A stretch of DNA of 61,488 nucleotides, counting the filler. It is 5 parts of 5 records of this genome, joined end to end, with 100 filler letters (N's around TTAATTAATTAA, not from the genome) between each part and the next. Parts side by side here need not be neighbours in the genome. Positions count along the whole stretch, not along the records: positions 49,051 to 55,348 come from SRR22947725_3025; positions 55,449 to 61,488 come from SRR22947725_3038; 3 more parts are not named here. One strand, written 5' to 3'. Of the stretch, positions 53,338-61,488 are shown piece after piece. The position numbers were made by a program, and so were the translations under genes. The first letter of the stretch is position 1. Each line of letters starts with the position of its first letter. The notes below the pieces were generated by a model, which did not search any database, had not been told where the DNA came from, and was given only the letters and a program-made list of their open reading frames with translations.

Positions 53338-53595
53338 TTACTGAGGAATGACGTTAACTGTCTTCTTTTGTTTGATACCTTTATAGGTAAATTGAACATG
53401 GCCACCGGAAGTAGCAAATAGTGTGTGATCTTTTCCCATCCCGACATTTGATCCAGGATGAGTGTTTGTTCCGCGCTGGCGGATAATAATTTCACCAGGT
53501 TTCACAAGCTCTCCACCAAATCTCTTCACCCCTAATCTTTTGGAATTGGAATCGCGACCGTTCTTACTGGAACCACCTGCTTTTTTATGTGCCAT
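53338..53595 (-). CDS. rpmA: 50S ribosomal protein L27
   Basis: [27 protein letters not shown]. Confidence 0.98.
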   Translation of the reverse strand: MAHKKAGGSSKNGRDSNSKRLGVKRFGGELVKPGEIIIRQRGTNTHPGSNVGMGKDHTLFATSGGHVQFTYKGIKQKKTVNVIPQ

Positions 53596-53597
53596 TA

Positions 53598-53915
53598 CTA
53601 TTTACCTACGTTAATTTCTTTGATTTTAATTTGAGTATATCTTTGTCTGTGGCCAATTTTTCTCATGCTATGCTTTCTTCTTCTAAATCTAAGTATAGAG
53701 ACCTTTTCTCCTTTCACTTCTTCGACAATCTCAGCAATAACTTTGGCATTTTCAATGTATGGCTGTCCAACTTGAACATCCTCTCCATCTACATAAAGCA
53801 TCACAGTTTCAAACGCATGTTCGACGCCTGACTCTTCGTGCATAAGATCGATTTCTAGGGTTTGACCTAGCTCGACTTTGTGTTGTTTTCCACCTGCTTC
53901 TATTACTGCGTACAT
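53598..53915 (-). CDS. rplU: 50S ribosomal protein L21
   Basis: [24 protein letters not shown] 53915 with SD GAGGG. Confidence 0.97.
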   Translation of the reverse strand: MYAVIEAGGKQHKVELGQTLEIDLMHEESGVEHAFETVMLYVDGEDVQVGQPYIENAKVIAEIVEEVKGEKVSILRFRRRKHSMRKIGHRQRYTQIKIKEINVGK

Positions 53916-53936
53916 AGTTCCCTCTAAAGGTGGCAA

Positions 53937-53965
53937 AATATACGCTTTATGAGGAAAATTATCAA
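53937..53965 (-). promoter_or_regulatory. Sigma70 promoter for rplU-rpmA-obgE
   Basis: TTGATA-17 nt-TATATT. Confidence 0.6.
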
Positions 53966-54025
53966 TACTTATCTCAAGGAAATTATCAATAATTATGTAT
54001 AATTTCAGGCTTCAGATTATTTAAA

Positions 54026-54994
54026 ATGTATAAGATTAACCATACCACTACAAATGAACTTTCTCGGGTGCAAGAGAAAATTACCAAAGAATTGGCGTCT
54101 GAGAAAATTATTCAGGATATTTATGAATATATATTTCAATCCAAAGGTAAGAAAACAAGAGCTTTAATTGCTTTGCTGGCATCACAGTCAAAGAAACTTA
54201 AGCTCCTGAAGCGAATTGAGCTTGCAAGTATTATTGAGCTATTGCATACCGCAACATTGGTTCACGACGATGTAATTGATCAATCTAAACTGAGACGGGG
54301 TGAGAAATCAGTCAATCAGGTATGGAATAATTCATACAGTGTTCTGATGGGAGATTTTATATACTCAAAAGCTTTTATGCTGATGATGAAACTAGATCGA
54401 CCTGCGATTTTAAAAGAACTTGCTGGCGCAACAAATGATATTGCTAGAGGCGAAATCATTCAGCTGAATCTTTTTGAAAATTACCTGCATCTTGACCTTG
54501 ATGACTTGTTAAAAGTTAGTTACCTCAAAACTGGAAGACTATTCGAGGCTGCCGCAAAAACCGGAGCAATGCTTGCTGATTCTTCTAAGGCTGATGTAAA
54601 AAGCTTTGGTTTGCTTGGAAAGACTCTTGGTATAGCATTTCAGATTCAAGATGATATTTTGGATTATGAGTCTCTTCACATAAACACTGGTAAGCCTGCT
54701 TTACAGGATTTTCAAGAAGGTAAAATTACTTTTCCTCTTTTTTATGCTCTAAAACACTCAGTAAATGATGATCAAAAATTTTTGCTAGAGCATCTTGGCA
54801 AGAAGAAGTTAACAAAAACTATTAAAAATAGAGTCTTCAGTCTTGTTCGCTCTGACATGCCCATGAAATGCTCACAAACATTACTTGATTCTTACATCTC
54901 AAAAGCTAAAAAAAGTTTAGAGAAGGTAAATCATCACTCTTGTTATAACGAAATGCTAAACTTAATTATGTTTTCTAGCCAACGTAAATCATGA
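54026..54994 (+). CDS. ispB: Polyprenyl (octaprenyl) diphosphate synthase
   Basis: [25 protein letters not shown]; divergent from rplU as in other gammaproteobacteria. Confidence 0.9.
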   Translation: MYKINHTTTNELSRVQEKITKELASEKIIQDIYEYIFQSKGKKTRALIALLASQSKKLKLLKRIELASIIELLHTATLVHDDVIDQSKLRRGEKSVNQVWNNSYSVLMGDFIYSKAFMLMMKLDRPAILKELAGATNDIARGEIIQLNLFENYLHLDLDDLLKVSYLKTGRLFEAAAKTGAMLADSSKADVKSFGLLGKTLGIAFQIQDDILDYESLHINTGKPALQDFQEGKITFPLFYALKHSVNDDQKFLLEHLGKKKLTKTIKNRVFSLVRSDMPMKCSQTLLDSYISKAKKSLEKVNHHSCYNEMLNLIMFSSQRKS

Positions 54995-55348
54995 TATTTA
55001 AACCAGCTCCCTCTTATAACAAACAAGAATTAATTGCATGCGGAAGCGGAGACTTATTTGGCCCAGATAATGGAAGGCTTCCAGCAGATGAAATGCTCAT
55101 GTTTGATTCAATTGATCAAATTGATCAAACCTCAGGTAAGTACTCCAACGGAAAAATTGTTGCGCATTTAAATATAAAAGAAACGCTGTGGTTTTTTGAT
55201 GTGCACTTTAAATCCGATCCAGTCATGCCAGGTTGTCTTGGGCTGGATGCAATGTGGCAATTGCTAGGATTCTACTTATGCTGGTTAGAGCTCCCAGGAT
55301 ACGGTCGAGCCCTAGGGGCAGATAAGGTAAAATTTTTTGGTCAAGTGA
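54991..55348 (+). CDS. fabA: 3-hydroxyacyl-ACP dehydratase/isomerase (3' truncated)
   Basis: [35 protein letters not shown]. Confidence 0.95.
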
Positions 55349-55448
55349 NNNNNNNNNNNNNNNNNNNNNNNNNNNNNNNNNNNNNNNNNNNNTTAATTAA
55401 TTAANNNNNNNNNNNNNNNNNNNNNNNNNNNNNNNNNNNNNNNNNNNN
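55349..55448. other. Artificial contig-joining spacer
   Basis: N44-TTAATTAATTAA-N44. Confidence 0.98.
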
Positions 55449-56195
55449 TTGGGTTTATTGGGCGTTGCAACCACCCTGTTGTCCCATGCGGGTGATGACT
55501 TTGAAGACAGCTACCGCCAGCACCTTTTTGAGGCCGGCGTAAACTGTGATTACGTGGCGATCTCCCCGAACAGCCCCATCAGCGCGCGCTGCACCATTAT
55601 TAGCGACGATCATGGCAATCAAATTACCGGCTTTTACCCGGGTGATGCTGGCTCCGAGACGCGGCGCCTGCCGAGTCAATTGCCTCATATTGGCGAAATT
55701 GATCTGGCACATTTAGGCCCAGAAGCGCCCGAACTCATGGTTCGGCAAGCCGAAGACCTGCACCGAATGGGTATCCCCTTCACCTTTGATCCGGGGCAAT
55801 GGGTCTCGAAATTTACCAAAGACGATCTGCAAGACCTCCTGGGCCATGCCCGCTACGTAATCGGTAACGAACATGAAATGTCCGTGCTGGCCGCGACCCT
55901 TGAAGTACCCACCGCAGCGCTCTCTGGGATGACCCAAACCCTGATCACGACTCGCGCGGCCGATGGCGTTGATTTGGCCTTTGACGGCCAGCAGCAGCAC
56001 GTGCCTGCGATAACCGTGCAAAGCATTGTTGATGCTACCGGTAGTGGAGATGCTTTTCGAGCCGGCCTGATGTTTGGCCTTTCAAAAGGCAACGATCTTT
56101 TAGCAGCGACCCGCCTTGGATGCCAGGTCGCCGCGTGCGCGCTGGGAAGCCAAAGCCCCCAGGACTATGTCATCCCCGCAGGCGGGATCGGTTAA
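55449..56195 (+). CDS. PfkB family carbohydrate or nucleoside kinase (5' truncated)
   Basis: NQITGFYPG, FDPGQ, NEHE, DATGSGDAFRAG. Confidence 0.88.
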   Translation: MGLLGVATTLLSHAGDDFEDSYRQHLFEAGVNCDYVAISPNSPISARCTIISDDHGNQITGFYPGDAGSETRRLPSQLPHIGEIDLAHLGPEAPELMVRQAEDLHRMGIPFTFDPGQWVSKFTKDDLQDLLGHARYVIGNEHEMSVLAATLEVPTAALSGMTQTLITTRAADGVDLAFDGQQQHVPAITVQSIVDATGSGDAFRAGLMFGLSKGNDLLAATRLGCQVAACALGSQSPQDYVIPAGGIG

Positions 56196-56344
56196 CGCAG
56201 CGGGTTGGCGCGGCCGTTGGCGCAGCGGCCAGCCTTATGAAGCGGTTTTCCAGACCACAACGCTACCAACAACGCTTTTTGATCCTCAATGTCCCAAATG
56301 CCCCGTTAGACCTCTAAAACCCGCTGTGCAAAAGGGGTTATGAG

Positions 56345-57055
56345 CTAATCCCGGTTGTTCGGCGTCAGCCAATGCCGGAACCAATCCAGCCATGTATTAC
56401 CGCTCAGCCGTGTTTGGGCGAATCCCTCGGCGAAAGCTTCGTATGGCTCAGCCATCGTAAAGAGCGCTTGGCGCGTGGTGAGAGCCCCTTCTGGCAACGC
56501 CTGCAACACCCGCGCCGGATTGCCGCAAGCCATTACATTGGCCGGCAAATCTTTAGTAATCACTGCGCCCGCGCCTACGATGGTATTGTCGCCAATGGTC
56601 ACGCCTTTTAAGACCTTGACGCTATCTCCCAACCAGACGTTGCTGCCAAGCTTAATCGCGGCGGTTTTACCGGGCGCATAGATCCGGTGGTGCGTGTCAT
56701 GCCAGTCTGCATCGCTTAGATGACAATGCATTGCGAGCATACAGTTGTCGCCAATCTCAATGGCCTCAGCCGACACAATCCGCGCGCCTGGGTTGATTAA
56801 GACGTGATCACCGACCCGCACCCGGCCCATACCTTCAAATACGGCAAGACGAATGGGCGCGTCTCGCAGCGCCATCATATGAACGTGTCGACCCAAAACA
56901 AGGTGCGCGCCCGAGAACGATATGTGTTGCGGCCCAATAATTTCCAGACCCTCGCCGCAACCGTCGAGTTGCGGTAACAAAAACCACTGGCAATAGACGC
57001 GGCTTAACCATTTTTGTAATCGGTGCAGCCCTAAAGGCCGGTGATCTCGGCGCAC
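56345..57055 (-). CDS. Hexapeptide-repeat (left-handed beta-helix) acyltransferase
   Basis: DADWHD, LGSNVWLG, GVTIGDNTIVGAGAVITKD, GNPAR. Confidence 0.88.
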   Translation of the reverse strand: MRRDHRPLGLHRLQKWLSRVYCQWFLLPQLDGCGEGLEIIGPQHISFSGAHLVLGRHVHMMALRDAPIRLAVFEGMGRVRVGDHVLINPGARIVSAEAIEIGDNCMLAMHCHLSDADWHDTHHRIYAPGKTAAIKLGSNVWLGDSVKVLKGVTIGDNTIVGAGAVITKDLPANVMACGNPARVLQALPEGALTTRQALFTMAEPYEAFAEGFAQTRLSGNTWLDWFRHWLTPNNRD

Positions 57056-57153
57056 GAGCCCTCCTCACGCGGGTTTATTGTCTGCATTCTAGGGGTTACA
57101 TCCCCTTCAATCTATGCCAGCATTGCCTCCTTTAGTTTATCCGGAGCGCCCTA

Positions 57154-57780
57154 GTGCCGGCCCAAGTTATCTTCTTAAATGGCTCCTCAAGCGCGGGCAA
57201 GACGACCCTCGCGAAGCATTTGCAAACAGCCTTGCCCGGATGTTGGCAACACATGGCGCTGGATCATTTTCGAGACGGCCTGCCCGATAAGTACCGCGGC
57301 CTGAATGCCCCAGGCGATACACTTGGCGCGCAAGGCCTGAATGTGGTTCCGGTCACCGATGGGCCAACACCCTTTACCAAAGTGGTCTTTGGCGATGCGG
57401 GTAAGACCTTATTGCGCGGTATGCGCCGGGCTATGCGCGCTGTGGTGGATGCCAAGGTCAACATTATTATTGATGATGTCTTACTCGAGCCCGAGTTCTT
57501 GCAGGACTATCTGACGGTGTTCAAGGGCGTGAATGTATTGTTCGTGGGCGTACGCTGCGATCTGGCGAGCATCGATGTTCGGGAACAGCAACGTCCCGGG
57601 CGATTCCCAGGCACCGCCTACGGGCATTTTAAAAGCTGTCACGCCCATGGCCTCTACGATGTGGAAGTTGACACCGGTGCGCTCTCACCTTCAGATTGCA
57701 CGCAGCGCGTTGAACGCGCCCTGCAGGCTGATGACAACACCGCCTTTGACAGGCTCAGAGCAAAGAACGCAGTAAATTAA
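57154..57780 (+). CDS. Chloramphenicol phosphotransferase-like P-loop kinase
   Basis: IFLNGSSSAGKTT, NIIIDDV, FVGVRC, RE..R, YDVEVDT. Confidence 0.85.
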   Translation: MPAQVIFLNGSSSAGKTTLAKHLQTALPGCWQHMALDHFRDGLPDKYRGLNAPGDTLGAQGLNVVPVTDGPTPFTKVVFGDAGKTLLRGMRRAMRAVVDAKVNIIIDDVLLEPEFLQDYLTVFKGVNVLFVGVRCDLASIDVREQQRPGRFPGTAYGHFKSCHAHGLYDVEVDTGALSPSDCTQRVERALQADDNTAFDRLRAKNAVN

Positions 57781-57885
57781 GTAACACCAAAAAAGACCTG
57801 GCCCGCGCAAACACCCCATCCAAGGTTTGTTTAAATCCCTCTGATTTTCTAACGCTCGTCCTTGGCACGGCCGCTCGGCAGCTGT

Positions 57886-58509
57886 TTACATCAGCCGCGC
57901 CAGCCCCTGATACGTATAGGTCGCAAACTTGGGCCCTGCAATGTAACCCCGCTCGATGTCATCGAAGGCAAACCCTGCTTCCGCCAACAGCACGTCCGGC
58001 GCGCGATTTAAATTACAACCGCCCGCTAAGGGTTTCCAGATCGGATTAATCCGGTTTTGCCACAGCGCCACACCATGATCAGGCGAGACCCCATGCTCGG
58101 CAAACACCAAGCGCGCGCCCGGCTTTAGGACGCGCCTAATTTCGAGCAATGCGGCGGCTGGATCCGGAATCGTGCACAGCGTCCAAGTCATGACTGCCGC
58201 ATCGAAGCTTTGATTATCAGCCGGTATGGCGTCGCCCGATACAGCTGCGAATTCAACCTCGGTGCCATGCGCTTCCGCCACCTCGCGCGCATACACTTGT
58301 AGTTCCTCGGACGGATCAACCGCAAAGACCTTCGTACCCGGTTGATAAAAGGGTAGGTTCAACCCCGAGCCCACGCCAATTTCCAGCACTCGTCCAGACA
58401 CCTGCGGCACCCGCTGCGCGCGTATCCGAGTCATCTCAGGCGATTTCATTAAGGTATTGAGTAGTTTCGGCAATACAGCTCGATCGTACCAACGGGCTAA
58501 CACACTCAT
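57886..58509 (-). CDS. Class I SAM-dependent methyltransferase
   Basis: VLEIGVGSGLN, TWTLCTIPD, RRVLKPG, GGCNLNR; SD AAGGAGG. Confidence 0.9.
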   Translation of the reverse strand: MSVLARWYDRAVLPKLLNTLMKSPEMTRIRAQRVPQVSGRVLEIGVGSGLNLPFYQPGTKVFAVDPSEELQVYAREVAEAHGTEVEFAAVSGDAIPADNQSFDAAVMTWTLCTIPDPAAALLEIRRVLKPGARLVFAEHGVSPDHGVALWQNRINPIWKPLAGGCNLNRAPDVLLAEAGFAFDDIERGYIAGPKFATYTYQGLARLM

Positions 58510-58559
58510 GGCATCCTCCTTTGCAGTTTCGTCAATCTAGCAGATCTTTAAACATTTAA

Positions 58560-59040
58560 GCAGCGCCTGACGGCGTCCTGACACGCTTATCCGGCCCGTG
58601 ACCTATCGATGTACTTTCCAGAAAGCGCTCGATTGCCCCTGGACCGGCTAGATCGACGGCGCCTCATTAGGCCGAATCCGGATCGCGGAGACCCCCGTTG
58701 ATAGACGAAGACGAACAAAAGAAAAGTCCCCGCAGCGCTAAGCTGACCATGCGCCTCATCCCTTCATCCCTTCATCCCTTCATCCCCTCATCCCTTCATC
58801 CGGTCATCCCCGCAGTACTGAAGATCATTCGCCATCTGGATGATTTATGCCGAAGCCGCGACCGTTGGCGGTCGTCGCCTCCGAAGCAATAACGGATTCG
58901 GCCGATGAGCCCTAATCATCCCGGGTTGAACCCCTTAGCCTTGGCCCCCCGCTCGATCTTGCACAGAGCAAACCCGCTTTTAACAAGCCCTGTCCGCCGC
59001 CACCTTCGGCGCTAGCAATACCCGTCCACAGGGTCCTCAA
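58560..59040 (+). ncRNA. Candidate structured non-coding element (no family recognised)
   Basis: 17-bp long-range arm 58663-58680/58893-58909 plus several hairpins, G-U pairs favour the plus strand. Confidence 0.35.
58756..58811. repeat. 8-bp tandem array (TCATCCCT)x7
   Basis: Seven consecutive units with invariant TCATCC and variable last two bases (CT,CT,CT,CC,CT,GG,CC). Confidence 0.92.
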
Positions 59041-59130
59041 AAAAAGATCTAACTAAACGGTATAACGATCGCAATACGGCTTGGCGCTGCATTTCAATAC
59101 CTTCTAAACTGGCATAACAGGAGACCCGCC

Positions 59131-59907
59131 ATGAACCAACAAACCGAAAGCGACTTAATAACCGCATTAACCGCCGCAATCACGCGCGCCCAGAATGTGG
59201 TGGTTTTTACCGGCGCCGGCTTATCCACAGAATCGGGCATTCCAGACTTTCGCGGCCCCAATGGTATTTGGAAGACCCAAACACCCATCGACTTTAGTGA
59301 TTTTGTTTCGTCTGAAGACTGGCGCCGCGAATCCTGGCGGCGCCGTTTTTCTGGCAGTGACCGCTTTGGGACGGCGGAGCCCAATCTGGGACACGCAGCG
59401 ATTGCGCACTGGGTAGGCGCCGGCAAAATTACCCGTATCATTACGCAGAACGTGGACGGCCTACATCAGAAATCGGGGGTGCCAGACCATCAGATCATTG
59501 AGCTGCATGGCAACGCGCAATACGCGACGTGCTTATCCTGCGGCGACCGGTATGAACTAGAGGCAATTAGAGCGATATTTCTACCCCTCGAGACCGTCCC
59601 AGATTGCCAGCAATGCGGCGGTATCATTAAAACCGCCACAATTTCCTTTGGACAAGCCATGCCTGAAACCGAAATGCAGGCAGCGCACGATGCCAGCACC
59701 GACTGCGACCTATTCATTGCGATCGGCTCTTCCCTTACGGTGTATCCGGCTGCCGGCTTTCCGGTTCTGGCCAAACAACAGGGCGCAGACCTCATTATCA
59801 TCAATCATCAAGCCACCGACTTAGACCCCATTGCTGATCTGGTCATACCCCATTCCATCGGCGCTGTGCTTTCTGCAGCAGCCGGGTTAGATCAAGTCAA
59901 TCATTGA
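59131..59907 (+). CDS. cobB: Sir2 family NAD-dependent protein deacylase
   Basis: GAGLSTESGIPDFRG, TQNVDGLH, ELHG, two CxxC, GSSL; SD AGGAG. Confidence 0.92.
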   Translation: MNQQTESDLITALTAAITRAQNVVVFTGAGLSTESGIPDFRGPNGIWKTQTPIDFSDFVSSEDWRRESWRRRFSGSDRFGTAEPNLGHAAIAHWVGAGKITRIITQNVDGLHQKSGVPDHQIIELHGNAQYATCLSCGDRYELEAIRAIFLPLETVPDCQQCGGIIKTATISFGQAMPETEMQAAHDASTDCDLFIAIGSSLTVYPAAGFPVLAKQQGADLIIINHQATDLDPIADLVIPHSIGAVLSAAAGLDQVNH

Positions 59908-60781
59908 GCAGGTCTATCGCCGCCCGCAGCATTTGATTGATATCCATCGGCTGATCCGGGAGGGTTCGACACCGATCCGCGAAATCACCTGCAAGGGCGG
60001 CCCGCCCTGAAAAATCACCACAAATAATGATCGAGGCATCCGGGTTAGCCTCGCGCCATTGCGGCAAGCCGTCAACAGCATCATCGGTCACCAGCAATCG
60101 GATGCCCTTGGCGTTTTCCTGAAGCGCGGCGGATGCTAAGCCTGGGCCCTCAGCAATGCGAGCCGTCATACCCTGGGCGCGAAACAATTCCGCGACCAGC
60201 TCACTCCTAACCGGGTTCGATAAACTCACGAGCGCGATCAAGGACGCCTCATCAGCCAACTGCGCGCCCATGAGCAGTTTGCTGCTGGACGCCTGCCCCA
60301 GCAGACCTTCCATATCCATCAGGTGATCATTCACATACTGCTCGTAGCGCCGAATGGCGACCAACCGCTCTCCCGCGACCAACTGATTCTCTTCCAGCAT
60401 CACCGCAATCAGCTCTGAGTAGCCCTTAGCCGTGGACACCATGTTTTGAAGCGTCTGGATCAATTGTCGCTGTGGTTTTTTCAGCGACTGCAGTTCGACT
60501 TGGAGCAAGTTTAATTCCTGATGATGCGCCATAAACACAAGATACCGGGCTTCATCCTTGACGTACGTCAGCGTAATGGGCGCGCCTTCGAACTCTGACT
60601 CAAAGCTCCCCACCTCGTCTTGAAACGCGGGGCATGCGGTCAAGCAATGATTAAAAACCTCTTCAGGATCTTCAAACTCGGCGCGTGCTGCTTGATTAAA
60701 ACACGCGAGTTTATCCTCTGAATCCAAGACAAAGCACGGCATCGGCATGGCTTGAATCAAAAACGACATCCTTTGGGTCAT
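59897..60781 (-). CDS. Degenerate two-component protein: PAS-like, His-less HisKA-like, atypical receiver
   Basis: AMPMPCFVLD..FNQAA PAS start; QTLQNMVSTAKGYSEL H-box-like helix; C-terminal receiver-like IRLLVTD. Confidence 0.6.
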   Translation of the reverse strand: MTQRMSFLIQAMPMPCFVLDSEDKLACFNQAARAEFEDPEEVFNHCLTACPAFQDEVGSFESEFEGAPITLTYVKDEARYLVFMAHHQELNLLQVELQSLKKPQRQLIQTLQNMVSTAKGYSELIAVMLEENQLVAGERLVAIRRYEQYVNDHLMDMEGLLGQASSSKLLMGAQLADEASLIALVSLSNPVRSELVAELFRAQGMTARIAEGPGLASAALQENAKGIRLLVTDDAVDGLPQWREANPDASIIICGDFSGRAALAGDFADRCRTLPDQPMDINQMLRAAIDLLND

Positions 60782-61488
60782 GGCGCAACCCCTAACCTTT
60801 GTTTGTATGCTGCGTGCATGGCGTCGAGTCCCGCTTCTAAAAAATCTTGAAACGCGGCCAGATCAAAGGGTTTGGCCAGTGTTGTATGAACCGCGGCATG
60901 ATCGAAGGGGTCGGCGGTCATTAACATAACCGGCACGGTTGAACCCTCATGGGCCATCTCGTCCAGCAAAGGTAGGATACTGTCACGGCCTAAATTACGA
61001 TCGGTGATCACCAAATCAAAAGCGCCCTTCTGCCAGAGATTGATCGCACGGTTTAGAGACGCCGCCGTTGTGACGCTTAGCCCCGCCTCAGACAAGACTG
61101 GCAGCAGCGCTTGGCGCACCACCGGGTCGTCTTCAATCAGTAAAACGCGTCCTGCTGAACCCTGGTCTTTATTTTCAGCATCCCGGTCAAGCGCAAGCGA
61201 TGCTAATGCGGGAAGTGGTCGAGCCTGGCCCACGCCCTTTAATTCATCATGTGTTAAGGCAACCCCATCGGGTGATGCCGCATCCGTACCCGCTCGTACT
61301 GAACGCGCCTTATCAACCCGTGACGCCGGGGCACCAACTGGGCCGCCCTGACGCCTTTGAGCCGTCAGACTCCCCTCAGCCTGACCGGTCTGCTGATCCA
61401 ACTGAATCTTCAAAAGACCCGCGCCACAGCCCGCATTGGCTCCGGCTGTAAAGCTACCCAAGGCATCGGGTAATGCGATCACCGTCAA
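60778..61488 (-). CDS. C-terminal part of a hybrid sensor or response regulator with intact receiver domain (5' truncated)
   Basis: RVLLIEDD, FDLVITD, VMLMTA, LAKPF; ORF runs to window edge. Confidence 0.8.
   Translation of the reverse strand: MTVIALPDALGSFTAGANAGCGAGLLKIQLDQQTGQAEGSLTAQRRQGGPVGAPASRVDKARSVRAGTDAASPDGVALTHDELKGVGQARPLPALASLALDRDAENKDQGSAGRVLLIEDDPVVRQALLPVLSEAGLSVTTAASLNRAINLWQKGAFDLVITDRNLGRDSILPLLDEMAHEGSTVPVMLMTADPFDHAAVHTTLAKPFDLAAFQDFLEAGLDAMHAAYKQRLGVAP

Noticed and set aside
12867-55448. Four identical TTAATTAATTAA palindromes flanked by N runs
   Set aside because: Artificial stop-in-all-frames linkers joining contigs
57154-57780. Chloramphenicol resistance gene
   Set aside because: Only family-level similarity; CPT-like kinases are widespread with unknown substrates
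58509-58525. Sigma54-like TGGCA..TTGCA
   Set aside because: GG-GC spacing is 11 rather than 10, and the sequence is the reverse complement of the methyltransferase SD and start
58698-58892. 64-aa ORF with IPSSLHPF repeats
   Set aside because: A by-product of the 8-bp array; TTG start and no protein features
58663-58909. Retron msr-msd, CRISPR or RNase P interpretation
   Set aside because: No reverse transcriptase or cas gene on the contig, no spacers, and no GAGGAAAGUCC or 3' RNase P motif
59131-59907. Sirtuin as an anti-phage NADase (Thoeris, DSR)
   Set aside because: Canonical zinc-binding CobB-type deacylase with no defence partner genes

Overview
This window is not one locus. It is five unrelated contigs joined by artificial 100-nt spacers (N44-TTAATTAATTAA-N44). 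(1) 1-12866: actinobacterial (Microbacteriaceae-like) rpe-hisEGFI-trpE-trpCBA-lgt-gltB housekeeping region. (2) 12967-35555: AT-rich marine gammaproteobacterium (SUP05/Thioglobus-like by inference) with the 5' end and promoter of a 16S rRNA gene, mnmE, gshA, a Nudix-ThiE fusion, grx, yaaA, gltB, folA, maf, mfd, ispH, accD, trpA, hemE, rpmE, bolA and a Pit transporter. (3) 35656-48950: gene-dense, intron-containing microbial eukaryote DNA (dynein Roadblock, crooked-neck, BAP31, a Kelch/EGF surface protein, and a signal peptide-Nudix-oligopeptidase B fusion). (4) 49051-55348: AT-rich gammaproteobacterium (SAR86-like by inference) with a tmRNA 3' end, M16 peptidase, rpsT, obgE, rpmA, rplU, ispB and fabA. 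(5) 55449-61488: GC-richer proteobacterium with small-molecule modifying enzymes, a sirtuin and degenerate two-component genes. Most content is ordinary. The best candidate for an undescribed system is the accessory cassette at 27932-29301: a winged-helix regulator, its own promoter, a ~390-nt densely base-paired leader or ncRNA with a duplicated module, an unannotated 28-aa ORF and a MASE1-like membrane protein. Next are a structured non-coding region with a (TCATCCCT)7 array at 58560-59040, the Nudix-oligopeptidase B fusion and a His-less pseudo-kinase. All RNA structure calls were made by eye and need covariation analysis.
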